Shown: piece after piece, positions 26,527 through 37,218 of the stretch
Layout: the number at the start of each line of letters is the position of its first letter
Position numbering within the stretch: position 1 is the first letter of the stretch
Assembly: GCA_963799925.1 (NCBI GenBank)
Contig: CAWCYZ010000004.1
Location: forward strand, 903,445-967,444
Length of the DNA stretch: 64,000 bases
Reading direction: 5' to 3'
DNA from: an uncultured Acidobacteriota bacterium
Lineage (GTDB): Bacteria > Acidobacteriota > Thermoanaerobaculia > Multivoradales > UBA5704
Translations under genes and position numbers: made by a program
The notes under the pieces: generated by a model
Told to the model about the DNA's origin: nothing
What the model saw: only the letters and a program-made list of their open reading frames with translations
Databases searched by the model: none

Positions 26527-28861
26527 CCGGCGCGGCGCCGTCGCGCCGCTCGTCCGCGCCGGCGGCCGGGGTCGCCGGCGTCATGGTGCGCAGGAACATC
26601 ATGCCGTCGAGGACCGCGGTCCAGTCCGCCCGCATGTCGACGTAGCCCAGGGGCCGCGCGATCAGCCCGTCGCTCAACCAGCGCCCGCCGGCGCTCGGGT
26701 GGCGGAAGTCGACGACGGCGAGCTCGGCGCCGGCGCGGCCCCACAGCTCCTCGAGGCTGCCGGGAGCGGGCGGCGGCAGCTCGCGGGGCGCCTCCCAGGC
26801 CTTGCCCCACCAGCCGCCGGCGGCGGTGAAGCCGAGGGCGTAGACCGCCGGGCCGAGCGCCTTCTTCACCTCGTCGCCCATCGCCGCGCCACCGGGGAAG
26901 GCGGGGTAGGGCGGCAGGTCGGCGGTCCCGATGCGGCCGGGGCGCGCCAGGATGTGGCGGGTGGCCGCCCAGACGACGATCTTCCGGCCGGGGTAGCGCT
27001 CGCGCGCCAGCCAGAGGAGGTTCTCGGCCATCTGGAGGTCGCGCCGGCGGTTCCCCTTGGCGTCGTCGCCCGCCGCCGCCCAGTCGACCTCGGCCTCCGC
27101 CTTGGCGCTGCGCAGCACCTGGCGCCAGAAGGCGGCCTCCGGTCCGCCGCCGGCGATCTCCCCGCCGAGCCGGTCGAGGTCGCGCGCGAAGGCCTGCCGC
27201 GCGGCGCGGTCGGGGATGGCGGCCCCCGGCGTGCCGCCCTCGACGATCAGCGCCTGGAGGCGCCGCGCGAGGTCCGGCCACGCCGGGGCGGCGGCCGCCG
27301 GCGAGCCGATCTTCCGCAGGTAGCGCGCCAGGTCGGCGACCAGGAAGTCCCGCGAGGCGCTGCCGGTGAACTGGCTGTCGAAGCCGGCGAGCTCGAGGGG
27401 CGCCGCGCCGGCCGCCGTCCGGCCGAGGCCGGCGAGGAGCGGCCGCGCCTCGGCGCTCTGCGACCAGATGCCGAAGACGCCGCGGCTGGCCGCGGCCGCG
27501 GCGTCCTCGCCGGTCCGGCCCTGGAGCAGCTCCGCGGCCTTGGCGCAGTCGTAGAAGCCGCTCTCGAAGGCGAGCACCGAGAACCCCATCTCGCGCTGGA
27601 GGAAGCGCACCAGCCGGCTCTTGGCGCGGAAGGTCGCGCCGTCGCCGTGGCTCGCCTCGCCGAGCATGACGATGCGGGCGTCGCCGAAGACGCGCCGGAG
27701 CGGCTGGAGATCGCGGAAGTCCTCGTCGGCGGGATCGACGGTGCGGACGGGGATCGCGTTCGCCCGCAGCCAGTCGACCCGCGAATCCGGCCGCGCCGCG
27801 CCGCTGGCGAGCTCCGAGCCGCTCTCGCCGCGCGCCAGGCACTCCACCCAGACGGCGAAGAAGGTGTCGCCGCGGCGCTCGAAGGCGAGGCCGAGCCCGA
27901 GGTCGGTGTAGCCCTTCCGCAGCACCTGGGCACGGCGGTCGGCGCCCCCCAGGAGGGCCTCGAGGGTCTCCGCGGCGGAGAGCGCGCCCTGGACGACGGC
28001 CTCGCCGACGTTGCCGCGCACCCGGTAGCCCTCGTCCGCCACCCGCCGCCGCAGCAGGCCCGGCCTGGGGACCTCCCGTCCGCTGGCGAGGGTCGCGAAG
28101 AGCGTCTGGGCGTAGCTCTGCGCCGCGCGGTCGAGGGCGGCGTCCTCGGCGAGCGCCGGCAGCCCCTTCGCGGCGCGCACGGCATTGAGGCGCGAGAGCA
28201 TCTCGCGGCGCAGCGACGGGAGGTCGCGGAAGCGCGCCGTCTGCTCGGCGAAGAGGCGGCGGGTGTAGCCGGCGAGATAGGACGCCTGGGAACGGGTGAG
28301 GACGATGGTGTAGATCGGCCGGCCGGCCTCGCGGGCGACGCCGACCCCCGCCTCGTCGACCTCTGGCTGGAAGAGGCTGTTCTTCTGCAGCTCCGGCGAC
28401 TGCCCCCAGTAGGCCGCCATCCGCGCCGGCGGGTCCTCCGTCTGCTCGATCTTCTCGGTGACGAGCTGGGCCTCGTAGCCAGCCGCCTTGACCCAGTCCT
28501 CGATCTGCCGGCCGTCGGGCGAGGTGAAGGCGAAGTATCCCCGCGCCTCCATGTCGGCGGCGTGCGCCTGCGCCGCGCGGGAGAGCGCCGCGACCAGCCG
28601 GACGGCGCCGAGGCCGCGGGCGGCGCGCTGCTGGTTGAGGAGAGCGGCGATCGCGGCGCGCTCGGCGTCGCGGCCGTCGGCGAGGGCTCCCCCCGAGGTC
28701 GCCGAGGTCGCCGCGGGCGCCCAGCTCGCCGCGGGCGCTGGCGGCTGGCGCGCCGGCGCGGGCGCCGAGCTCCGCGGGCCGGCGGCGAGGGCGAGGATCG
28801 AAGCCGCCGCGGCGAGCGCGAGCCCGCTCCGCCGGAGGCGCCGCGGCATGGCGGGTGTCAT
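26519..28861 (-). CDS. secreted fusion protein: two CAP/SCP-like domains plus an erythromycin-esterase-like (EreA/ChaN-type) domain
   Basis: Within ORF 26519..29101. The likely start MTPAMPRRLRRSGLALAAAASILALAA is a signal peptide. Two repeats follow the pattern LNxxRAAxGL...AQxHAxDM..GYFAFTSPDG. The C-terminal domain has ARIVMLGEASHGDGATF and later LWLARERYPGRKIVVWAATRHI. Confidence 0.7.
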   Translation of the reverse strand: MTPAMPRRLRRSGLALAAAASILALAAGPRSSAPAPARQPPAPAASWAPAATSATSGGALADGRDAERAAIAALLNQQRAARGLGAVRLVAALSRAAQAHAADMEARGYFAFTSPDGRQIEDWVKAAGYEAQLVTEKIEQTEDPPARMAAYWGQSPELQKNSLFQPEVDEAGVGVAREAGRPIYTIVLTRSQASYLAGYTRRLFAEQTARFRDLPSLRREMLSRLNAVRAAKGLPALAEDAALDRAAQSYAQTLFATLASGREVPRPGLLRRRVADEGYRVRGNVGEAVVQGALSAAETLEALLGGADRRAQVLRKGYTDLGLGLAFERRGDTFFAVWVECLARGESGSELASGAARPDSRVDWLRANAIPVRTVDPADEDFRDLQPLRRVFGDARIVMLGEASHGDGATFRAKSRLVRFLQREMGFSVLAFESGFYDCAKAAELLQGRTGEDAAAAASRGVFGIWSQSAEARPLLAGLGRTAAGAAPLELAGFDSQFTGSASRDFLVADLARYLRKIGSPAAAAPAWPDLARRLQALIVEGGTPGAAIPDRAARQAFARDLDRLGGEIAGGGPEAAFWRQVLRSAKAEAEVDWAAAGDDAKGNRRRDLQMAENLLWLARERYPGRKIVVWAATRHILARPGRIGTADLPPYPAFPGGAAMGDEVKKALGPAVYALGFTAAGGWWGKAWEAPRELPPPAPGSLEELWGRAGAELAVVDFRHPSAGGRWLSDGLIARPLGYVDMRADWTAVLDGMMFLRTMTPATPAAGADERRDGAAPVN

Positions 28862-29012
28862 GCGCGGAGCATACCGCCGGCGGCCGGCCCGCGCTCTCCC
28901 CCGTTCGAGGGTAGTGGGTCCGTCGGGTCCGCTCCAGGCGCCCGTCCTTCGGGACCCAACGGACCCGATACCCGTTCGAGGGGCGGCTCTTGCTTCCGGC
29001 GCCGAGTAGGGC

Positions 29013-30360
29013 ATGATCCGCCGCATGGTCTCCAGCGGCTCCGCCCTGGCGGCGGCGCTCCGGGCGAGGATCGAGCAGGGGTCCGCGCGGGTGGGCGTCA
29101 TCGGTCTCGGCTACGTCGGCCTCCCCCTCGCGCTCGCCTTCGCCGAGAGCGGCATGACCGTGCTCGGCTTCGACGTCGACGGCGAGAAGGTCGCGGCGCT
29201 CGCCCGCGGCGAGCCCTCCATCCGCCATCCCGCCGCCGGCCGCCTGGCGCCGCTGGTCGCGACGGGAACGCTGGTGCCGACCGGCGACTTCGGCCGCCTC
29301 GGCGAGGCGGACGCCGTGCTGATCTGCGTCCCCACGCCGCTCACCCCGGAGCGCGAGCCGGACCTGACCTACGTCGCGGCGACCGGCCGGCAGATCGCCG
29401 CGACCCTGCGGCCCGGGCAGCTCGTCGTCCTCGAGTCGACGACCTACCCCGGCACCACGGACGAGCTGCTCCGCGGCCTCCTGGAGGCGAGCGGGCTCCG
29501 CTGCGGCGAGGGTTTCTTCCTCGCCTTCTCGCCCGAGCGCGAGAACCCGGCCACCCGGAGCAGACGCCACCGCGACCTCCCCAAGGTGGTCGGCGGGGTG
29601 GACGAGGCGTCCGCCGGGCTCGCCGCGGCGCTCTACGCGCGGGTCGTGCCGCGGGTCGTCCGCGTCTCCTCGGCGCGCGCCGCCGAGGCGACCAAGCTCA
29701 CCGAGAACATCTTCCGCGCCGTCAACATCGCCCTCGTCAACGAGCTCAAGGTGATCTACGACAGCATCGGGGATCGACATCTGGGAGGTGCTCGACGCCG
29801 CGGCGACGAAGCCCTTCGGCTTCATGCGCTTCAACCCCGGCCCGGGCTGGGGCGGCCACTGCATCCCGCTCGATCCCTTCTACCTGGCATGGAAGGCCCG
29901 CCAGGCGGGGCAGCCGACCGGCTTCATCGAGCTCGCCGGCGAGGTCAACGCGCGGATGCACGACTACGTGGTCGAGAAGCTGACCCTGGCGCTCGGCGAG
30001 CGCGGCAAGCCGGTCGAGGGGAGCGGCATCCTGGTGCTGGGGATCGCCTACAAGCGCGACCTCGCCGACTCGCGGGAGAGCCCGGCCTTCGACATCATCG
30101 ACCGCCTGCTGCGGCTGGGCGCCCGGGTGTCGTACCACGACCCCTTCATCCCGCGCGTGCCGGCGATGCGCGCCTGGGCCCACCTGGCGCATCTCGAGTC
30201 GTCGCCGCTCGACGCCGGAGTCGCTCGCCGCGGCCGACGCGGTGCTGATCGTCACCGACCACTCGTGCTGCGACTACGACCTGGTCCTGGCGCACGCGCC
30301 GCTGGTGGTCGACACGCGGGGGGTCTACCGCCAGCCGTGCGGCAAGGTGGTGCGGGCGTG
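29013..30360 (+). CDS. UDP-sugar (UDP-GlcNAc/ManNAc-type) 6-dehydrogenase, with two frameshifts (~29770 and ~30215)
   Basis: VGVIGLGYVGLPLALAFA (NAD fold) and ...EATKLTENIFRAVNIALVNELKVIYDS are in ORF 29013... The sequence continues as IDIWEVLDAAATKPFGFMRFNPGPGWGGHCIPLDPFYL (catalytic Cys) in ORF 29788.., and the tail ...AVLIVTDHSCCDYDLVLAHAPLVVDTRGVY is in a third frame, ending with TGA at 30358-30360. Confidence 0.8.
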
Positions 30361-30367
30361 AGCTGCC

Positions 30368-31477
30368 CTACGGCTCGACCTCCGCGGGCGGCGAGCTCGC
30401 CAGGCAGCCTTCGCGATCCTCGACGGTGAAGAAGCAGGCGGTGGCGCCGGCGGGGAGGCGCGCCTCCATGGCGCTGGCGCTGCGGGCGGCGGCGCTCTCC
30501 CAGTGGCGATGCTTCCACTCGCCGCGGTCGCGGGTGACGTGGAGGGCCGCGGCGGCGATCGGCGTCACGGAATCGACCGTCGCGGCGAGGCGGTCGCCGC
30601 GGCGCTCGATCGCCGAGACGCGGGGCGGCGGCGGGGCGCCGCGGAGGGCGTGGTCGGCGAAGCGGTAGACCTCGCGGCAGCGGAGGGCCGCCTCGTGCCC
30701 GTGGTCCATCTCCGGCCGGACGGCGCGGAAGACCGGCACGGGAGGAAGAGCGGCGGTCCGCTCGAGGATGTCCAAGGGGAAGCCGCCGTCCCGCGCTCCC
30801 GAGGCGAAGAGCAGCGGCCGGCGGCAGCGCGGCAGGTGGCTCGCGGGGTCGAAGAGCTGGTGCCAGCGGCGGCGCTCGGCCGCCGACAGGCCGGCGAAGA
30901 GGCGGCTCCGCTCGCGCCCGCTCTCGCTCTGCAGGAAGCCGCTGCCGAAGACCGAGGCGCCGGCGGCGAAGCGCGGCTCGAGCCCGGCCGCGACGCAGGC
31001 GAGCGAGCCCCCCAGCTCACCCCGACGATCCCGATGCGCTCCGCGTCGACCTCCGGCCGGGCGGCGAGGAGGCTCCGCGCTAAGAGAGCGGCGGCGACGG
31101 CGTGATAGCTCCAGCGCTCGCGGTCGGCCAGGCCCGGCGCGAGCTCGGCGGCCGCGCTCTGCCGCGGCCCGCCGCGCTCGCCGAGCGAGGAGCCCGCCCG
31201 GGCCGCGGGCGTCGAGGTCCGGGGCGATCGCCGCGTAGCCGCGCGCGGTCCACGCCTCGACCCAGGCGCTGCAGGCGCGCCCGCCGCCGGCATGGAGGCA
31301 GACCATGGCGGGGAAGGGGCCGCGGCCGGGAGGCGCGGCGAGATAGGCGAAGACCTCGGTCGCCCGTCCGCGATAGGGCTCGGCGGCGAAGAGGACGCCC
31401 TCGGCGCCGGCCGCGCGCTCGATGGTCCGGCAGGGCGGCGGGGCGGCGAGCGCTGCGAGGTCCCAGAGGCGGTTCAT
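30368..31477 (-). CDS. alpha/beta-hydrolase esterase (acetyl-xylan-esterase / dienelactone-hydrolase-like), with two frameshifts in the central part
   Basis: The ends of ORF 30368..31477 are protein-like (VFAYLAAPPGRGPFPAMVCLHAGGG...; ...PLLFASGARDGGFPLD...MDHGHEA). The nucleophile region ERIGIVGVSWGG lies in the alternative frame (ORF 30565..31293). Confidence 0.65.
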   Translation of the reverse strand: MNRLWDLAALAAPPPCRTIERAAGAEGVLFAAEPYRGRATEVFAYLAAPPGRGPFPAMVCLHAGGGRACSAWVEAWTARGYAAIAPDLDARGPGGLLARRARRAAAERGRRARAGPGRPRALELSRRRRRSLSAEPPRRPAGGRRGAHRDRRGELGGSLACVAAGLEPRFAAGASVFGSGFLQSESGRERSRLFAGLSAAERRRWHQLFDPASHLPRCRRPLLFASGARDGGFPLDILERTAALPPVPVFRAVRPEMDHGHEAALRCREVYRFADHALRGAPPPPRVSAIERRGDRLAATVDSVTPIAAAALHVTRDRGEWKHRHWESAAARSASAMEARLPAGATACFFTVEDREGCLASSPPAEVEP

Positions 31478-31506
31478 CCGGCAGTCATCCCGCAGTCATC
31501 CCGCTG

Positions 31507-32950
31507 TCATTCGGTACTTGGGGACAGCGGCACGAAGCGCCGCAGCTTGCCGGTCTCGCGGTGGCGGTCGAGGCTGTCGACCCGCGTGAGGACGACCCGC
31601 GGCGCCGGCAGGCCGGCCGCCGCGAGCGCCGCCTCGAGCCGGCGGCCGAGCGCGGCGAGGTCGCGCTCCCCGAGGTCGCCGGCGGCGCAGAGGAGCACCT
31701 CGGCGCCGCCGGCGGTCTGCCGCACCTGGTACTCGCTCACCCTCGCCTCCTCGCCGAGGACGGCGCGGAAGGTGAAGGGGTGGACGGTCACCTCGCGCCG
31801 TAGGCGAAGCCGTCGTCGAGCCGGCCGTGGACCTGCTCGATCGAGCCGGCCGGTCCAGGGGCCGGGGTTGGGCCCGTCGACGAAGGTCACCTGGTCCGTC
31901 ACCTCGTAGCGGATCAGCGGCAACAGCCGGTTGACGACGTTGGTCACCAGGACCTTGGCGGCGCGCGCGCCGGGCGGCACCGGCCGGCCGGCATCGTCGA
32001 CCGGCTCGATCACCGTCTTGTCCTCGACGATCACCAGGCCGTCGTGGACGCCGTCGGAGCAGGCGAGGGGCGCCGTCTCGGTGGTCCCCCAGCCGTTCTC
32101 GGGGTCGACCCCGAAGGCTGCCGCGGCGGCGGCGCGGATCTCCGGCAGGAGCGGCTCGCCGTTGGTGGTGATGCGGCGCAGCCGCAGGCGGAGCGCCCCG
32201 GCCCGCGCCCGCCGCGCCAGCAGGTGGAGGAGCGAGGGGTAGGTCGCGAGGTTCGTCGGCTGCAGCCGGTTCAAGGCCGCGACCAGCTCGGGGAGCGGCG
32301 TCGTCGCCGACAGCAGGTGGGTGGGATAGCGGTCGGTCGCGAAGCAGCGGCCGAGCGCCGCCGAGACGTGCACCGGGTTGACGGCGTAGATGGCGGCGAC
32401 GGCGGTCGGGCGGCGCGGCGCGGCGCCGGATGAGGCGGCCGCGTGGGGCTCCTGGCGCGAGCGCCAGAGGCCGACGCGGGCGTAGGCCAGGTGATGGTGG
32501 AGGAACCCCTCGAAATCCCAGGCGATGACGGCGCGCATGCCGGTCGAGCCGCCGCTCGCGACGACGTGGTACTCGTCGAGGAGATAGGAGTGCTCGCCCC
32601 CGGCCGCCACCCGCGCCAGGTGGGCCTCGGCCGTCGCCAGGTCGAGGCGCCGGTCGGTGACGATCTCGTCCCAGTGGGCGATGAGGTCGGCCTTGGTCAT
32701 CGGCGGGATCGCCGCGAGGGCGCCGCCGCCGATAGCGTCGAGGTCGATCCCCGCCAGGCGCCGCGCGTGCCACGGCGAGCGGGCGCGGGCGTGGCGGAGC
32801 AGCCGCCGCAGGCGCTCGTCGCGCCGGCCGCCAGAGGTCCGGCAGGGGGGTGGTCAGGAGGCCGGCCTCGGCCTCGAGCCGCGCGCGGCGCGCCCGCACG
32901 TGGCGCTGGCGGTCGACCTCGTAGTCGCCGGTCGCCGGCTCGCGGAGGGC
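31507..32950 (-). CDS. PaaK/F390-synthetase-like adenylate-forming ligase, with several frameshifts; N-terminal boundary uncertain
   Basis: ORF 31507..32700 gives HVVASGGSTGMRAV, GWGTTETAPLAC and LLPLIRYEVTDQV. The upstream extension DERLRRLLRHARARSPWHARRLAGIDLD is in frame, but the preceding RARRARLEAEAGLLTTPLPDLWRP is in another frame (G7 run at ~32840). A compensating indel pair is near 31800-31850 (SIEQVHGRLDDGFAYG). Confidence 0.7.
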
Positions 32951-33175
32951 GAGGGAGGCGCGGTATCAGCAGCATGGACAGCGTCGGGAGCCGCGGCAGC
33001 AGCGAGGGAAGGGAGGACGAAAGGGGCGCGAGGAGCCGGGGCGGACCGTCCTTGACGGGTTTCGAAGCTCGGTGGTACGGTCGAAATCTATCGTCATTCA
33101 CCATCGCTCGCCAGTCGGACGGCCGCGCTCCGCGCCGGCGGCTCGGGCCGCCGGGGAGCGGGGTGCGAGGCGCCG

Positions 33176-34891
33176 GTGCCGCGGATCGAACCCATCCATG
33201 CTTCGGAGGCTCCGGCCGAGGTCTCGGCCGAGGTCTCGGCCGATGTCTCGGCCGATGTCTCGGCCGATCTTGGGGCCGACCTCTCGCTCCGCCTCGACGG
33301 CGTCCTCGCGGCGAGCGGCGGGCGGGTCCTCCTCGCCGACCCGCGGGTCGAGCTGACGGGCGCGGCGTGCCGCGCCGCGGTGGCGGAATTCGCCGCGGCG
33401 CTCGCCGGGGGCGATGGACGCGGCTCGCGGGTCCCGGCCGGCGGCCGCGTCGGCATCCTGCTGCCGCCGTCGGCGGCGCAGGCGCTCGCCATCCTCGCCG
33501 CGCTCGGCGGCGGATGGGTGCCGGCGCTGCTCGATCCCTGGACGGACCCGGCGCGGCTGGCGGACGAATGGCGGCGGCTGCGGCTCGACGCCCTCGCCGT
33601 CGCGAGCGCCGCGCCCGACCTCGCCGGCGCGCCGGGCCCGCGGCTCGCCTTGGACGAGCGCGGCAGGGTCGCCGATTGGAGATCCGAGCCTCGTTCCGGC
33701 CCTCGCTGCCGGCCCGCCGCCGCCGCCGCCGCCGCCGCGCCGCGGCCGGCGCTCATCCTGAGCACCTCCGGGTCGACCGGCGATCCGAAGGCCGTCCTCC
33801 TCTCGCGCCGCGGCCTCGCCTACGATCGTCGACACCCTGATCGAGCGCTTCGCGCTGGGGCCGGAGACGGTCGCCGCCGTCACCCTGCCGCTCCATCACA
33901 CGATGGCCCTGAACACCCAGTTCCTCCCCACGCTCTTCGCCGGCGGGCGCTCGGTCCTCTTCGCTAATCCGCTCTCGCTCGGCCGCACCTACCGCGACAT
34001 CCTGGGGTGCGGGGGCGAGCTTCGTCTCGCTGGTCTCGGAGCTCCTCGCCCCCTGCCGGCTGGAGCGGGCGCGCCGCGGCCTGGGCGCCGCCCTGGCGGT
34101 GACCGAGGTGCAGCTCTCCGGCGGCGCCATCCACGCCGAGCACCTGGCGATCGCCCGCGAGCTCTTCCCCGGCGCCCGCCTGCACAAGGGCTACGGGCTG
34201 ACCGAGGCGATCCGGGTGGCGATGATCGACAGCCGCGATCCGCGCTTCGCCGAGCCCGCCGCCGGCTACCCCTGCCGGGCCAGGAGGTCGCCATCCGCGA
34301 CGAGCGGGGCAGCTCGCCTGCCGGCGGGTACCCGCGGCCGCATCTGGGTGACCGGCCCCAACGTGATGCTCGGCTACGACGGCGACGGCGGCCGCGCCGC
34401 CCGGCGCCGCTCGCGGCGGCGCGGGACGCTCGCACGCGCTCGACACCGGCGACCTCGGCTACCTGACCGCGGACGGGCGGGTGGTCGTCGAGGGGCGCGG
34501 CGACGGCATCTTCAAGAGCTACGGGCGGCGGATCGCGGCGGCGGAGATCGAGCGCGCGGCGCTCGGCTGCGCGGCGGTGGCGGCGGCGCTCTGCCTCGCC
34601 GTCCCCTGCCCGGTGCGCGGCATGCGCCCCCTCCTCTTCGTCGAGGTGCCGGGGGCGCCAGGCGGCCCGGCCGCCGATCCGCGGCCGGCCATCGAGGCGG
34701 CCCTGAAGGGCGCGCTCGAGCCCTACAAGGTGCCGCGCGACATCGTCCTCGTCGAGGCCCTGCCGCGCTCGGCCGCCGGCAAGGCGAGCCGCCGCGAGCT
34801 CGAGCGGCTCTGGCGCGAGGGCGCGCCGCTCGCCGACCTCGGCCGCGGGCCGCTCGGCTGCCGCTTCCAGCGCCTGGCGCCGGCGCCGTGA
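33176..34891 (+). CDS. acyl-AMP/acyl-CoA ligase (ANL superfamily), read through at least 3 frameshifts
   Basis: LILSTSGSTGDPKAVLLSRRGLA (ORF 33176..), LPLHHTMALNTQFLPTLFAGG (33903..), KGYGLTEAI (34099..), and FKSYGRRIAAAEIE...YKVPRDIVLVEALPRSAAGKASRRELE (34481..34891). The true start is uncertain. Confidence 0.75.
33214..33285 (+). repeat. six tandem 12-nt units at the 5' end of the ligase ORF
   Basis: ggccgaggtctc x2, ggccgatgtctc x2, ggccgatcttgg, ggccgacctctc. In frame these translate to AEVSAEVSADVSADVSADLGADLS. Confidence 0.85.
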
Positions 34892-35604
34892 GCTCGATCG
34901 TCTGGGCGCGGACCCTCCTCGCCCCGCCGGGACGCCGGTCGAGGACCGCGTCTACGGCGTCTACGACCCGCCGCTGGTGGTGCCCTGCACCCGCTCGCTG
35001 CCGGCGGCGACGGTGTCGCTCGCGGCGCTCCCCGACCGCCGCGCCTACCGCTCGCTGTCGCGCAGCGGCGTCATGCTCTGCGCCGTGGGGCTGGCGGCCG
35101 CGGCGCCGCTCGCCGCCTGGCTGGCGCGCGACCCCTACGCTGTCGGCATCTACTGCGCCATCGAGAGCGGGCCGCAGAACTACGCGGGGGCGCGCGAGCT
35201 GGCGCGCCGGCCGCGCGCGGAGTTCGCGGCGCTCTTCAAGCAGGCGAACCACCCCAAGCGCTACCTCGCCCACTCGCCAACCTGCCGGCGGCGCACCTCG
35301 GCATCTTCCTCGGCGTGCGCGGGCCGGTGAACGTCTACTGCCACTCGACCGCCGCCTGTTCCACGCGCTCGAGCAGGCGGCGATCGACCTCGCGGAGGGG
35401 CGGCTCGCGGCGGCCCTCGTCTGCTCCGCCTTCAGCCTCGAGGACCCGCTGCTCGCTCTGCGCGCCCGGGGCGACTGGCCGCTCCCGGCGGTGCTCGCCG
35501 AGGGGGCGGCGGCGCTGGTCATGGTGGCGGGGAGGGCGGCGGGCGGGCGGGCGAGGTGGGCGAGGCCGGCGACGGCGACCGTTGCGGCATCGCCCAACCC
35601 CTGA
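34888..35604 (+). CDS. ketosynthase-like partner protein (chain-length-factor-like, lacks the active-site Cys context), frameshifted
   Basis: The GTG at 34888 overlaps the ligase stop (GTGA). The frames give ...YDPPLVVPCTRSLPAATVSLAALPDRRAYRSLSRSGVMLCAVGLAAAAPL...IYCAIESGPQNYAGA...ANLPAAHLGIFLGVRGPVNVYCHSTAAC..ALEQAAIDLAEGRLAAALVCSAFSLEDP. The assignment rests on resemblance to KS N-terminal-domain proteins only. Confidence 0.5.
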   Translation: MSSIVWARTLLAPPGRRSRTASTASTTRRWWCPAPARCRRRRCRSRRSPTAAPTARCRAAASCSAPWGWRPRRRSPPGWRATPTLSASTAPSRAGRRTTRGRASWRAGRARSSRRSSSRRTTPSATSPTRQPAGGAPRHLPRRARAGERLLPLDRRLFHALEQAAIDLAEGRLAAALVCSAFSLEDPLLALRARGDWPLPAVLAEGAAALVMVAGRAAGGRARWARPATATVAASPNP

Positions 35605-35669
35605 TAGATATCGCCCGCACCGAGGACCTGGCCGGGAATCTACCGAGAATCCAAGAAGGAGCCCCCCGC

Positions 35670-35951
35670 TTGCTGACGGACACGGAGCTGTTCGAACACG
35701 TGCGCACCTCGATCGGCACCGCGCTGGGCGCCGACGCCGCCGAGCTCACCCGCGACACCCGCCTCTTCGCGGAGCTGGGGGTCGACTCGGTCGACCTGCT
35801 GGACATCTCCTACGAGATCGAGCGCCTGACCGGCTGCGAGCTCGAGCTGGCCGAGATGCTCCGCCAGCAGGACGGCGTGCCGCAGGCCGGGCGCGACGTC
35901 GCCCTGGCGCAGCTCGTCGAGCTGCTCAAGGCGCGGCTGGGCACGGCGTGA
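35670..35951 (+). CDS. acyl carrier protein
   Basis: Within ORF 35556..35951. SD aagaaggag lies before TTG 35670. The phosphopantetheine-site motif LGVDSVDLLD is present and the size is ~93 aa. Confidence 0.8.
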   Translation: MLTDTELFEHVRTSIGTALGADAAELTRDTRLFAELGVDSVDLLDISYEIERLTGCELELAEMLRQQDGVPQAGRDVALAQLVELLKARLGTA

Positions 35952-37218
35952 GCCCCGCCGGGCCCCGCGCCGACGACGTCGCCGTCACCGGCATGGGCGT
36001 CGTCTCGCCGCTCGGCAACGACGTCCCCACCTTCACCCGCCGCATGCTCGCCGGCGACTCCGGCGTGCGGAGCCTGCGCGGCTGGCTCGCCCCCGAGGGC
36101 TTCCCCGTCCCCTACGGCGGGGTGGTCTGCCGCGAGACGCTGGCGCCTGCCGGGCGTCCGCCGGGCGAGCATTCCACCGCGCTCGCCGACTGCGCCGCTT
36201 CGCCCTCGCGGCGACCGAGGAGGCGCTCGCCGGCCTCGCCGCCGGGCTGCCGGTCGACGGCATCGTCTACGGCACCGCCGAGGGGATGAACTACGAGGTC
36301 GTCGAGGCCTCCTTCGCCCGCGGCGCCACGCCGGATGCGGCGAATACGCCATGGGAGCCGAGCCGGCCGGAGGGCTCGGTCGAGGCCGTCGCGCGCCGGC
36401 TCGAGGCCCGCGGGCACGGGCCGATCGCTCCCCCGGCGCGCATCCCGGTCGCCAGCGCCTGCGCCTCCGGCAGCCAGGCGATCGGCATCGCCTTCCACCG
36501 CATCCGCAGCGGCCGCTGGCGGCGCGCCGTGGCGGGCGGGGTGGACGCGCGGCTCATCCTCTCGAACCTGATGAGCTTCCACTTGCTCTCCGCCCTGGTG
36601 ACCGAGGAGTGCCCGCCGGAGCGGGCGAGCCGGCCGTTCTCGATCGACCGCCAGGGCTTCGTGCGGAGCGAGGGCGCCGCGACCCTGCTGCTCGAGAGCC
36701 GCGCCGCGGCCGAGCGGCGCGGCGCGCCGGTCCTCGGCTGGGTGCGGGGCTACGCCCACACCAACGACGCCTTCCACGCCACCGAGGGCCGCGAGGACTG
36801 CGCCGCGGTCGTCCGCGCCATGTCCCAGGCGCTCGCCGACGCCGGCCTGCCGCCGGAGGCGGTCGACGTGGTGAGCGCCCACGGCACCTCGACGCAGCTC
36901 AACGACCGGCTGGAGACGAAGGCCCTGAAGCTCCTCTTCGGCGCCGCGGCCCGCCGCCTGCCGGTGACGGCGCTCAAGTCGCAGATCGGCCACACCACGG
37001 TCGCCGCCGGCGCCATCGAGGCGGTCTCCTGCCTCGCCATGCTCGGCGAGCAGGCGATCGCCCCGACGATCAACTACCGCGAGGACGCGATCGACCCCGC
37101 CTGCGACCTCGACTACGTCCCCAACCGGGCGCGGCGGGCGAGCTTCCGGGTGATGCTCAGCAACAGCCTGGGCTTCGGCGGCCACAACGCCTGCCTCGTC
37201 GTCGAGGGCGCCGGCTAG
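35948..37218 (+). CDS. beta-ketoacyl-ACP synthase (FabF/FabB-like), with a frameshift near 36190
   Basis: The GTG at 35948 overlaps the ACP stop (GTGA). VAVTGMGVVSPLGNDV is at the N-terminus. ORF 36286..37218 has the active-site VASACASGSQAIG, HGTSTQLND, SQIGHTTVAAG and SLGFGGHNACLVVE. Confidence 0.85.

Noticed and set aside
24714-26645. 643-aa alternative + frame and 518-aa minus frame within the radical SAM gene
   Set aside because: The translations are arginine/proline-rich nonsense. The 24634 frame carries the B12-domain and CxxxCxxC motifs.
26463-29983. 1133-aa (-) and 1094-aa (+) ORFs overlapping the esterase-fusion and dehydrogenase genes
   Set aside because: These are out-of-frame or antisense shadows typical of >70% G+C DNA. 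The translations are dominated by R, G, A and P, whereas the alternative frames contain clear CAP, EreA and UDP-sugar-dehydrogenase motifs.
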